Assembly: GCA_009914755.4 (NCBI GenBank)
Contig: CP068257.2
Span: 9,216,001 to 9,280,000, forward strand
Direction of reading: 5' to 3'
From: the human T2T-CHM13v2.0 reference genome, Homo sapiens
Length of the DNA stretch: 64,000 nt
In this document: one piece after another, positions 1 to 12,612 of the stretch
Layout of the letters: every line of letters begins with the position of its first letter
Position numbering within the stretch: the first letter of the stretch is position 1
The notes under the pieces: generated by a model
What the model was told of the DNA's origin: nothing
Databases searched by the model: none
Seen by the model: only the letters and a program-made list of their open reading frames with translations
Translations under genes and position numbers: made by a program

Positions 1-3000
1 TATAACTATGTGTATTATATTATCTATAATTATATTTCTCCTTGGTTTAATATTAGATATTTTCAGGTACAAGAAATGTATGCACATTATAGATTCAATG
101 CATGCAGGTTATATGTGTAAATATTTATTGATAAGAGGCATTAAACCCCTGCCTTCTGTGCTGGATAAACTCCTGAACTTAGCCTCCAAAACACCACAGT
201 AGCCTCCCTGGTAAGCACAGGGCTCTTTCTCTACCCTTTTGTGTCTCCCACGCTCCCACTTGTCTACAAGAGCTGAGTGTAGATCAAGAGCAATAAAGTT
301 CATTTCCCCAAAATAAGGCGTAGCGTTCAGGTTTTGTGATACCTGATTGGTTTACATTGTTTACAGGTGGGGCCTCGAAGGGGTAAAAATCAGAAGTTTC
401 TTATTCTGAGCGCAAGGGCAAGATCATTGAGCAGACATTGACCTCCCTTCAGACATTTCTTGGGAGAAACAGAATGAGAATTTCAGGGGCCAGTGCCGGC
501 ACCCTACTAGCTGTGGCAGCCTGGTGCTCATCTACTTCTCCAGCTTGGGAAGGCCTAGGTTAACCCCAGTCTTTGGAGGCATTGTTATTCCTCTTCTCTC
601 CCTGCTTCCCCGTGTTTGTGTTCTGGGCCCGGTGTAACACTGAGGTTCAGAATTGCTTTCAAGAGAGGAGCCCATTTCTGTGTCTATGCAAGGCTGGACA
701 ATTTCTCCAAGTGGTTCAGCCTGTGGGGGTTAAGGGGGCAAAAGCATCTCAGCTAGTAATAAACACTGCTTTGCCTCTTGCTTTTTTATTTTTATTTTTG
801 CAAAACTTCTCTGTAGGTGTGTATTTCTCTAGAGGATTTCAAAAATTCTCTGTAGGTGCGTATTTGTGTAGAGGAAGGAGTGGTGACTGGGCCAGGGTGA
901 ATGGATTATTTGATCTATATTATCTTGAATTTTATATCTTTTATTTTAAAATTTGGGTATTTTTTGAAGTAGGAAATCAATGCACATGGCTAAATATCTA
1001 AAAAATGTAAAAGTATACATTGAAAAGTCTTCCTCCTAATCTCGTAATTGTCTCCATTTCAGTCCCCATGGCCACATCATGAGGCTACTGATGTCATTAG
1101 TTTCTTTTGCGTTCTTCTAGGGTTTCTGTTGGCATATGCAAGCAAAAATAAATGTATACCTTTATGTTTTCTCTTTTTACAGCAAGGACAGTTTATTAAA
1201 CACACTGTTTTAAACCTTATTTTTTCTCTAAATAATATTTCATATAAGTCAATATGTAGACTTTATGTATTTTTAAAATGAAGACATAGCATTCCATTGA
1301 ACTTAGACAAAAATTTACTTAACTAGTCCAAGATTGAAGAATAAAATTATTTTGAATCTTTTGTTAATAGTTAATAGCTTTGATGAGTACACTTATGCAT
1401 ACATTATTTTACACATGTTCAAGTATGTTGTATAAACCCCAAAGTGGGAATGCTCTGTCAAATATTACAGGTATTTGCAACTTTGATAGATACTAATTGC
1501 CCTCGGTAGAGGTAGTAAAAGCTTACACTCCACAGCCTTACTGATGATATATATTATAAAAATTTTAGTTCTTGCCAATCTAAAGGTGAAAAATGTTATT
1601 TCATGGTAATTTAAATGCTTTTCTCGTTTTATAACTGAGGTTGACATCTATCAAAAAATTATTTGAATTTTTCTGAGAACTATTTATCTTTGAATCCTTT
1701 TCTGTTGTTTATCTTTTCCTTCTTCATTTCTAAAACTTCCTATACAGAGAGATTCACTCGTTATCTGTGATATGATTACAAATGTCTGCCCTCCAATTTG
1801 TTATATGTCTTTAGATCCAAATACCTTATTTTTTGCCATGTAGAAATTTTTAATTTGTATGTGATAAAATGTTAATACTTTATGGATTCTGGATTTTCAG
1901 AAATAAAAAGGTCATCCTCACTTCCAGGTTTTAAAGAAATTCTTTAATGTTATTTTATGTTTTTGTATAGTTTTATTTTTATTCACATTAAAGTTTTTGT
2001 CGTATTTGGAATTTATTTTGGTATGTGATGTGGGAAATGAATCTAACTTTATTTTTTCATATATCTTCCTAGTTGTACAAACATCAACATTGTTGAAACA
2101 TCTCATCTGTCCCCTTGATGTGAGATGGCATCCTAATTTCCTTTACTTAGAGGGGTGGTGTCTGGGGATGAGATCACCTGGGGTGTAATCATACGTCTTT
2201 GACTGGGAGTGGGGCTGAAAAGGAGTTCCCATGTTCCTGGTCATGTGATATGTGGTCATGTGATGTGGAGAAGATCTCCTGTGACATGGAGCTGGAGGAG
2301 GGAATAGGAACTAGCTCTGGCTCAGAGGACACAGACTTCCACTGTTTTATCAACATTTAGGAGATTTTCTTGAATAAATGCTTATTAATTTGCATCTGCC
2401 CTTAGGTCAATTTCCAGAGACTTTAAATGTGTTTTATAATTTTTACCAGTTAAACGGTTGTTTCACTGTGGGGAAAAGAGTATCCCAAGCTCCTCTCCTC
2501 TGGAAATCTGATCAAATTCTTTTTTAAGTCCTTCAGTAATGGTTAATTGTATATGTGTATATCATATTTACATTTATATTTATTGATATAACAGTTATGC
2601 TTGGTGTTTCATGCATATATGATAGCATCTTATGTGTTCATAAATTTTAAAAGTTGTTTTCTATGTGATCTGATTTATTTGCTTGAGAAAAACTGTTTTC
2701 TGGTAGCTTCATTTGGGGACTTGCTCAGTGGTAATTTTTTAAATGACAGCTTTATGCAGTATTTTTATGATCTCTTCTTTTACCCAGGAGTGATTACTTC
2801 TCTATTTTCCGCTGTGTTAAAACTAGGTGGTTTCTCTTTCTACTCCCTTCCAGGCCTCTCACTATTAGAATTCTGTCAATGAGAGTATCCGTGGCATGTT
2901 ATTTAGTGTTTGTTATTTTGCTATTACATACACTTCTATTTCTAACATTTGATTTACTGCTTTGAATGATCCACTTTGAGTCCTGGCTGTTATAGCTGAG

Positions 3001-4296
3001 TTGACCAAGTCCTCCTCCTCAGACCCCCACCTGTGTGTGTGCACATCGTGTCTCTCAGCTCTGGAGCTGCAGATGATGTCAGGGTCTCAGCAAACGAGAC
3101 CCCTCAAAGTTGAAAACTGTACAAACATCATATGCAGCAGCCTTGATCTACCCTATGTCTTCCATTCTTTCCTCCTTCTTCTTCTACTTTTTGTTAGTTT
3201 CGATATTGGTTTATTTCCAGGGCATGTGGCATTTATATTCATTTTATTACCCTGGTTCTCATGTTTATTTTAGTTTTAGTCAATGCAATTCACAATTATA
3301 ATATTTCACCATAGTTTTTCTTTAGTTATTTCTTTGTTGGCTAAAGTTTGTTCTCTGGGACTTTTCCCAAGTAGGAAAATATTCCCTGAATTTGTGTGTA
3401 TTTAAAACTGCCTGAAGTATACTTTGAAATGTAGCCTGACTAGGTATAAAACCTTTGGTTTTCATTCCACTTTTTGAATATCTTGTAGGTAATGGGCCAC
3501 TGTATCTTGGCATTAAATTTTGCTAGGAAAAAATATGAGACTAGCCTGTTACATTCTCTTTTTTAAGAGTGGCTTGATTAAAGGATCTTTTCCTTAATGT
3601 TTCTTTAAAATTTTCTAGGGTGTTCTTAGTGTTTCCTTTTCTGTGGAACCTAATTTTATTCTGGAAAAGTTTTGTTGAATCAGTTCTTAAAGGGATTCAT
3701 GCTCTTTCAATGCTGTCTTTTTTTTTCTTTCCATACCTTCCTTTTTTGATATATTTTAGATTGTCTCTGCTTATCTTCTATAGCCACTGTTTTCCTTCTA
3801 ATAATTTTTAGATTTTCCCTTTAATTTTACTGTATTTACTTTTACATTTTTATTTATATTTTCTATGTTCCTTACTGAGTTTTCTAAAGTCTGTTTTAAT
3901 TTCTCTACTTCTAGGTTTACCTTCATTTCTATGAAGATTTTGGTTTTTCTTCATGTTTGCTGGTTTTTGTCAGCACATTTTTTTATTCTAACATTTCACC
4001 ACTTCTTTCTCTGAGTTCTTATATTTCTGCTTCATGGTCTTCCACTTTTGATCTGACAGCTCCATTAAGTTTTCATTTCATGGCAAAATATTTGGTTAAC
4101 ATTTTCATCTTGCTTTTGGGATTGATTTTTGTTGTGTGATCTTTCTCCATTGATAAGTTTGCATTTTTCCCCATAGTTTTTTCTTATAGTGTCTTTACAT
4201 AAATCAATAATTATTAATTACTGAATTAATTGAAATATTTTGAACCAATAATTTGTGAAAAGTTTCTATGAAGAAGAAAGGAGGAGGCAAAGTTGT

Positions 4297-5135
4297 CTTG
4301 CAAACTTAGCAACCCAACAATCTTCTCCTTCACCACCATAGAATTAGATGGCTTCTGCAGATACAGCTAAGTCTTCTCCTTCACCACTGCAGAATTAGGA
4401 GGCTTCTGCAGATATGGCTAAATCTTCTCCTTCACCACCGTAGAATTAGGAGGCTTCTGCAGATACGGCTAAGTCTTCTCCTTCACCACCGTAGAAGTGG
4501 ATGGATTCTGCAAATATGGCTAAATCTTCTCCTTCACCACCATAGAATTAGATGGCTTCTGCAGATACGGCTAAGTCTTCTCTTTCACCACCATAGAATT
4601 AGGTGGCTTCTGCAGATACGGCTAAGTCTTCTCCTTCACCACCATAGAATTGGATGGATTGTGCAAATATGGCTAAGTCTTCTCCTTCATCACCATAGAA
4701 TTAGGTGGCTTCTGCAGATACGGCTAAGTCTTCTCCTTCACCTTCATAGGATTAGGTGGCTTCTGCAGATATGGCTAAGTCTTCTCCTTCACCACCATAG
4801 GATTAGATGGATTCTGCAGATACGGCTAAGTCTTCTCCTTCACCACCATAGAATTAGGTGGCTTCTGCAGATATGGCTAAGAGCTTAACAACCCAACAGT
4901 CTTCTCTTTCACCACCATAGGATTAAATGGCTTCTGCAGATATGGCTAAATCTTCTCCTTCACCACCATAGAATTAGGTGGCTTCTGCAGATATGGCTAA
5001 GTCTTCTCCTTCACCATCATAGGATTCAGTGGCTTCTGCAGATACGGCTAAGAGCTTAACAACCCAACAGTCTTCTCCTTCACTGCCATAGAATTCAGTG
5101 GCTTCTGCAGATACACCTAAGTCATCGGCTCTTTG
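4297..5135. repeat. Minisatellite, 51-bp unit, ~16 copies (some units carry an extra 18-bp agcttaacaacccaacag insert)
   Basis: The unit is gtcttctccttcaccaccatagaattaggtggcttctgcagatacggctaa. The ggcta phase recurs every 51 bp, for example at 4416 and 4467. Long-insert variants occur at ~4300, ~4885 and ~5060. Confidence 0.95.
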
Positions 5136-5820
5136 TAGAGCATCACCTTCTCTGAGTGAAACTGAGTCCAGAAAGGCTTCGATGACCTCGGTCCATAGAG
5201 GTTCTGAATCCATTATTACAAACAAAGAATACAACTTTTATATTTCAGAGTCCCTGGCCTTCAGCCCTTTCTGAAATCAGCCACCACTGTGCCTTTAAGC
5301 CATCACTGTGCTTTTCTTCCTTTGATCTTCCATGGCTTGCTTGATTTCAGCTGTTTAGAGTCTCTATATGTACTTTTGTGTCTATGATCCATTTCTATTT
5401 ACTCCTAGTTCGACTTAAAATGAAATTGTATTTTAAAATATATTCTTGCTGTTTTTAGTATTATTTTCAGGAAGAGTAGTGAGCAATGCTGTTTATTCAA
5501 CTCTGGTCATACCATGTCCCCCTGATTGTATTCTCTTCTTGCATCTCTAATAGAGCTCCTAGACTTTTCCAAGGCTTATATTGAAGTGACTTAATACATG
5601 TTTGTCAATGTTTCCTACATTTTCTACTCTTCATATGTCTCATATATGATGCTTCAGTAAGAGTCCCCAGTGTTTGGGGGACTCCTACTCTTTTGGAGTA
5701 GCCAAACTCTGAATGTATAATATTTCTTTTCCCCTGCTTCCATCAGTGGTAGTAGACACCCTGGAGGGTCTAATTGCAAGCATAACCACCCAACAGTTCT
5801 CTCCTTTAGTTTAGAGCCCT

Positions 5821-5948
5821 GTAGTCAGTGTTGGCCAGTAAGTTGTCATGGAGCACCCAGAGTGGACACTTCAACAGGGTCTGGTAGTCAGTGCTGGCCA
5901 GTAGGTTGTCATGGGGTACCCAGAGTGGACACTTTGATGTGGTCTGGG
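5821..5948. repeat. Two-copy tandem duplication, ~64-bp unit
   Basis: gtagtcagtgttggccagtaagttgtcatggagcacccagagtggacacttcaacagggtctg is repeated as gtagtcagtgctggccagtaggttgtcatggggtacccagagtggacactttgatgtggtctg. Confidence 0.9.
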
Positions 5949-6276
5949 AGCAGAGCATTATGTCCACTCTTGAATGATAGCTGGGACACGTTGGACGGTG
6001 GAATCAACAAAATCACAGGCTTCATGGATGACCTGGGATTTTCCTGCATTCAGTCGGTAAAAAGTGTGAAGAGTATTAAGTCCCTCTGAGATTGAGAGGG
6101 AACGTAATTTTAAGAAAAACTGGCATCAGATCTTTTATTCATTTTACTTGACAAGAATTTACAAACATCTTTAATATGTGCCACAACCATGGACTAATAT
6201 AATATAGAATACAAATGCACAAAAGAGAACAGAAAAGTGGAAAATGTCAAGTAACACACAGAGAAAAAATATTACT

Positions 6277-6677
<401 letters not shown>

Positions 6678-7705
6678 TTAAAGAAAGGTGTTTTGTTTTG
6701 TTTTAAAGAGAACAAGGTTCATTAACAATATGCAAAACAGATGAAATGCAGTCAATAACGCTATGAAAAATCACTTTCTATACAGAATGAGAAAGCATCA
6801 ATAACATTTTAGCCTTTATTTTACTGTTTAGTAGAGAATTATCAGTATAGTGTTTTCACTAGTTATCAGCATCTTAAGGGAAGTACTGTGTGTTGTACCT
6901 TTTGAAAACTGGAATCATAGATTGCTCTAAATTATTGTATTAAAAATTGAAGTAATGATAACTATTCAGCTGGAATGTCAGGAAAATGTTGAAAATGACA
7001 AAGAGTTTACCAGGAAAAGGCTGCAAGGTAGCACCCGGTCATACCTTTAAATGACAGACAAACACAGACACATACACACAAAAGCAACATTTAAGTAGAG
7101 GAAACTTGTTAGCGCTCCTGTGTTTAGAGGAAGTAAAATGAGTCAGATTAGTGCTTTCCATCGTGATTGCCTCATCTGTGCTTGGAGCCACTTCGGAGGA
7201 TTCTGTTGGCTTTATCCTGGCACCGACTAGCACTGCACAGCGTAGAAGGCACAAGGACTGAAAAGGTCATGTCTTTCTGCTCAGAAAATTTGAATGGTTA
7301 TAGAGTGCAGAGGGCCCATGCAAAATGCTCATTATCTGCTGTGTCTCTTGTTTTCAAAATTCTTTATCAGGTTACTGGCAATAAAATGCTGTTCCCTTTT
7401 GTTACCAGACAATGAGGCATTTATACCAGCAAGTCACCTGAGAACATAGCAGCCAACATTAATGAGTTGAAAGTACCACTGGGACAGTGAAGAATTGACA
7501 AGACTGCTGGCCTGCTGATCTTGTTTATCTTGCCTTTTTTTTTCTTTTTCAAGGTTTATTTGTGGAAAGTCTGTTTTCGTTGCTTATGTGCTCATCTGTG
7601 CTGCTTTAAAATGCCTTCGTGGTGGCAGAGAGTAATTAGCATATAGAGTCTGGAAACCAACTTTTAAATTTTATTAATGAGCTGAGTTTAGTTCCCCTTT
7701 GTCTT

Positions 7706-7830
7706 TTAACTGACTCCAGGAGCATTAATGAAAAGTATATAAATATGAATACAGGTGTAGTAATAAAAAAGAATTATCAGTCACCCTTAATTTAATTGGT
7801 GTCACCTTAGCCTTTAGAAGGGTAATAGGA
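7706..7830 (+). repeat. ~125-bp segment duplicated (91% identity) at 14101-14225; the two copies bracket the inverted LTR12 pair
   Basis: ttaactgactccaggagcattaatgaaaagtatataaatatgaatacaggtgtagtaataaaaaagaattatcagtcacccttaatttaattggtgtcaccttagcctttagaagggtaatagg aligns with ttaattgactccaagagcattaatgaaaagtatataaataggaatacatatgtagtaataaaagagaattatcagtcacccttaatttaagtggtgtctccttagcttttagaagggtaatagg. Similarity ends sharply on both sides. Confidence 0.6.
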
Positions 7831-9094
7831 TAGTATTGCCACCTGCAATCATTCAAGACTATTTTACTCACTACAGTAATTAGCTCACTTTAAAAAATTA
7901 GGTGACCTTTCAAAAGTGAGTAAAATAGAATCTGGTGAGAACCGTTAAGACACGTTTGTGAATATAGCATTGGTAGAATATCATAGATATTTAGGGTTTC
8001 GAGCGACCTGTGGACATTTTGTGCAACTTCTGTTAATGAAAGAATCTCTTGAAACACTCTTTTCATGCATGGAGTTACTAGGCATCTAGCAACTGGAGGT
8101 TATATCAATGTGTCAGATACTCCACAGTCTCTCTTCTAATATTACGTGCAAAATACCCTGTAGACTAGGAAGCATGTTTGATCTTGGTTATAGGTGCAAT
8201 TTATTCAACCAGCGTTCGTCTATGTGCATTGAAGTCCATTATGACTACTTTTGGCATGGAGACAAACACAAAACATGGCCTCTGAAAAGAGTGTATGCTG
8301 GGATTTGGGATAAGGCATATAAAGAATAACTTTACTAAAAAGCTGAATATTACATCATATGAGTTAAACACTCTTGCCAAGAATTATCAGTAACCATAAC
8401 AGCTAATGAAAGTGGATGTCACTGCAAATCAAACTAGTGGGCATCTCTTGTTTATTAGCAAAATTTTCCACATTAAAGAAACCCTTAAAACGACATTTTT
8501 ACTTGTAAGATACACAAGAGACATATTTGATTTAGGAGACATTCAGAGCAGTTTTCTGCCTTTGTTGCATATGTACATCAAAGTGCTTTAGTGATAGTTG
8601 CAATTTTGGTAGTTATCTGCCAAGTTAGAAATGAATCCAAACTAGTATATTTTGACCTTTCAATTGAATTGCCACAAAGCAAAATTCACTAGTATTCAGT
8701 GCCTCCCATCAAGCGGAAATCCAAAGCATGTTTTCCCATTAAGGAGACTCCTTCTCTTCTCACAGATAGCAAATTTCCAAATGAGGAGAGAGCTGGTTGA
8801 AGGACCATGATGATGAGCCAATGATAGGTGTTATTGACCTTTCCTGAAACAGCTTGACTTCTGAACATTTTTTGAACTTATACTTATACTTGAGATACAG
8901 TAGATTTGATATCACACATTATAATGGATGGTTTTCTGATAGGACCTGACCATTTACTAGCCTACGTCCTTCTAGTTTTCTACATAAACTCTCTACTGCA
9001 GCAACTAATGATAATTATTATTATAGTTGCTAACATTTGCTGATCTTATTGTTTTCTAGGCACTGTGCTGAGAACTTCATATCCATTTATTTCA

Positions 9095-10643
9095 TTTTAT
9101 CTTGAGAGGTGACAGCGTGCTGGCAGCCCTTGCAGCCCTGGCTCGCTCTCTGTGCCTCCTCAGCCTTGGCGCCCACTCTGGCCACGCTTGAGGAGCCCTT
9201 CTGCCCGCCACTGCACTGTGGGAGCCTCTTTCTGAGCTGGCCAAGGCCGGAGCCGGCTCCCTCAGCTTGCAGGGAGGTGTGGAGGGAGAGGTGCAGGCGG
9301 GAACTGGGGCTGTTCACGGTGCTTGAGGGCCAGCGCGAGTTCCAGGTGGGCGTGGGCTCCGTGGGCCCCGCACTCAGAGCCGCCAGCCTGCCCACAAGCC
9401 CCAGGCAGTCAGGGGCTTAGCACCTGGGCCACCAGCTGCTGTGCTCGACTTCTTGCTGGGCCTTAGCTGCCTCCGGCAGGGCAGGGCTTGGGACCTGCAG
9501 CCCACCATGCCTCAGCCTGCCTACCCCCCCACCCCCCCATGGGCTCCTGTGCCGCCCGAGCCTCCCCAACAAGGGGTGCTCCCTGCTCCAGGGCTGTGCC
9601 TAGTCCCATCCACCACCCAAGGGCTGAGGAGTGTGGTCGTATAGTGCGGAACTGGCGGGCAGCTCCACCTGCGGCCGTGGTGCAGGATCCACTGGGTGAA
9701 GCCAGCTGTGCTCCTGAGTCTGGTGGGAACTTGGAGAATCTTTATGTCTAGCTAAGTGATTGTAAATACACCAATCAGCACTCTGTATCTAGCTCAAGGT
9801 TTGTAAATACACGAATCAGCACCCTGCGTCTAGCTCAGGGTTTGTGAATGCACCAATCAGCACTCTGTATCTAGTTAATCTGGTGAGGACTTGGAGAACC
9901 TTTATGTCTAGCTAAGGGATTGTGAATGCAACAATTGGCACTCTGTATCTAGCTCAAGGTTTGTAAATGCACCAATCAGCACTCTGTGTCTAGCTCAGGG
10001 TTTGTAAATACACCAATCGACACTGTACCTAGCTAATCTAGTGGGGATGTGGAGAACTTTTGTGTCTAGCTCAGGGATTGTAAACGAACCAATCAGCACC
10101 CTGTCAAAACTGACCAATCAGCTCTTTGTGAAACAGACCAAACGGCTCTCTGTAAAATGGACCAATCAGCAGGATGTGGGTGGGGCCAGATAAGAGAATA
10201 AAAGCAGGCTACCTGAGCCAGCAGCTTCAATCCGCTGGGGTCCCCTTCCACACTGTGGAAGCTTTGTTCTTTTGCTCTTTGCAATAAAGCTTGCTACTGC
10301 TCACTCTTTGGGTCCACACTACCTTTATGAGCTGTAACACTCACCGTGAAGGTCTGCAGCTTCACTCCTGAAGCCAGCGATACCAGGAGCCCACCAGGAG
10401 GAACGAACAACTCTAGACACACTGCCCCAAGAGCTGTAACACTCACCGCGAAGGTCTGCAGCTTCACTCTTGAGCCAGCGAGACCGCAAACCCACCAGAA
10501 GGAAGAAACTCTGAACACATCCGAACATCAGAAGGAACAAACTCCAGACATGCCACCTTTAAGAACTGTAACACTCACCTTGAAGGTCTGTAGCTTCATT
10601 CTTGAAGTCAGTGAGACCAAGAACCCACCAATTCTGGACACAA
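9095..10643 (-). mobile_element. HERV9 solo LTR (LTR12 family), minus orientation, CpG-rich, putative 4-bp TSD atct; known LTR12 promoter/enhancer architecture
   Basis: The reverse complement of the canonical LTR12 3' end (gggctgccagcacgctgtcacctctcaa) lies at 9095-9122. The U3 tandem sub-repeats with caccaatcagcactctgt / ctagctcagggtttgtaaat motifs lie at 9750-10150. The reverse complement of the LTR12 5' end (tgtg..ctggaattggtgggttcttggtctcactgacttcaag) lies at 10600-10643. The flanks share ...tatct|LTR|atctt. Confidence 0.85.
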
Positions 10644-10721
10644 TCTTATACCACAGAACTGTAAGTTCTATTCTTCTTCCAATTTTACAAAACAGAAACA
10701 GACAAACAGAGGTAATTCTCT

Positions 10722-11165
10722 GAAAGATGTCTCTCTCAGTCCATTTCTGCTGCAATGTACCTTAGACTAGGTAATTTATAAAACAACAGACATGTATTGC
10801 TAGTAGTTTTGGAGGCCAGAGGTCAAAGCTCAAGGCAGCAGTAGACTCGGTGGCTGCTGAGGGCCCATTCATCATAGATGGAGTCTTCTGTATGTCCTCA
10901 TATGGTAGCAGTAAACTCGGTGCCTGCTGAGGGCCCATTCATCATAGATGGAGTTTTCTCTATGTCCTCATATGGCAGAAGAAAGAAGCAAGCTCTCTCA
11001 GACCTTTTTATAAGGGTACTAAACCCATTCATGAAGGGTCCACCCTTATGACCTAGTCACCTCCTAGAGACCCCACCTCTTAATGTTATTGCATTGGGAA
11101 TTAGGTTTCAATGTATGAATTTTGGAGGAATGCAAACATTCAGATCAGATCTGTTTGACCTCACA
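10722..11165 (-). mobile_element. MaLR-type LTR (MLT1/MST-like), antisense, containing an internal 72-bp tandem duplication
   Basis: gtccatttctgctgc...taggtaatttataaa ... ctttttataagggtactaaacccattcatgaagggtccacccttatgacctagtcacctcc...ccccacctcttaatgttattgcattgggaattaggtttcaatgtatgaattttggagg. This matches the remembered antisense MaLR LTR consensus architecture. Confidence 0.6.
10838..10981. repeat. Two-copy 72-bp tandem duplication internal to the MaLR LTR
   Basis: gcagcagtagactcggtggctgctgagggcccattcatcatagatggagtcttctgtatgtcctcatatggta is repeated with 4 mismatches. Confidence 0.9.
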
Positions 11166-12612
11166 GCCAAAACTGGCAGTGGAATTTGCATGTTGCTCCT
11201 GGAACATATCTAGTAATTTTCCATCTCTATACATTTTCTATGCTGTTTCCTCTATACTGAATGATCCATACTATCCGTTTAACTTTGTATCTTTAAAGGC
11301 TTGTGTGTGTGCCCATCTATTTTGGTGAGGTTGTTACCAAAACGCCATGGGTTTGGTCTAGGTCCTGCTTGCTGCTCACTGCACAGAAAGCCAATCACTG
11401 AGATGGTGAGTTTTTCCGGGGAAGAAGCTTTCATCCGGTGCTGCAGCTGAGGAGATGGGAGCTCAGCCTCAAATCCATTGCCCTGACTGACTAAAAATGG
11501 GGTTTTATACAACAGGCAAGAAATGTAACAATGTGTAGGAAACACGAACTAGGGAGGAACAAGGAGTCATCTGGTGGCCTCATCTGGTGAGTTTCAGTTC
11601 TTTAATGCTTTTTTTTTTTTTTTTTTGAGAGGCCTGAAGGTCCTTTCCTGAGGAAAGAACTCAGATGAAACAAATACAAGTTTCAAGCTTTAAGAGCGGA
11701 AGAGTCAATGTCTATGTTTATACGAAAGAACACGCTATAGGAGTATTGGGCCGGCTTCAGGGTCAGTAGGATCTATTCCAGAATTACAAACATCGTATAT
11801 AAACCCCTAAGTCTAACCAGTGTTTTGAGTTTTTCACTTATCTTATGTGTAGCCACCATGCATGTAACATTAAGACATCAATTACATGTGTATGCTTTTG
11901 CCTCTTGTTAATTTTTGTTGCTGTTGTTTTTTCAATTTAATTCACAGGCTCCAGCACAAAATGTAAGATGGGATAGGAAAAGCTTTTTTCCTACCCAACA
12001 GAATGCTGAAAATGTAAATATTTTTTCTTTGGTTTACAGTAATAAGGAGTGTGATTCCTTTTTTTTTTCTACCTCTTCTACTTCTACGTTTTAAGAGCTC
12101 TGTAGCTTAGTGAGCTCCCAGGCTTATGAACACCCTGACACAGCTAGTCTTGAAATGTTGCCAGCATTGTAGGATTTGCATACTTAACATGCTACTTATA
12201 CTGCCATAAAGTATGTAAGGTGGAAAGGATATTGTCTTTTAGTGTGGGTACATAGAGCATGGCACGAGTTGTTGCCAGCCTCACATCACATCTGTCTTCT
12301 GATTTTATACTTTATATCCAGGATCATACAGTCAAGTTTAGACATTTTAAAAAATCTTATTTCTATATTACTAAACTATTCATGGAGCCAGACTCTTCTA
12401 AGTTACTCTGGGAAAATGCCTTAGGCCTTCCAAGGACACAAAATTTTCATTCTTATAAAAAGCATTTGGCTAGGAATCAGAAGACCTACATTTTCATTCA
12501 AGAACTGGTACTAGTTTGTGTTGTGATTTTAGGCAGATCCATTATTGTCTCTAAGCCACAATGTCCTGAACTCCAAAACCACAGCATTGGCCTAGATGGT
12601 TTCTTAGGCCTC

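Noticed and set aside
4661-4888. 75-aa plus-strand ORF (HHHRIRWLLQIRLSLLL repeats) and 86-aa minus-strand ORF (4974-5234) in the 51-bp array
   Set aside because: The plus-strand ORF is a repeat translation. On the minus strand, most units carry an in-frame TAA, so only the units nearest the unique flank are open.
9087-9751. Overlapping 87-103-aa GC-rich ORFs (also 13260-13839 and 28183-28570)
   Set aside because: All lie inside the CpG- and GC-rich portion of the three LTR12 elements. High GC suppresses stop codons, and these are not known HERV9 coding regions because LTRs are non-coding.
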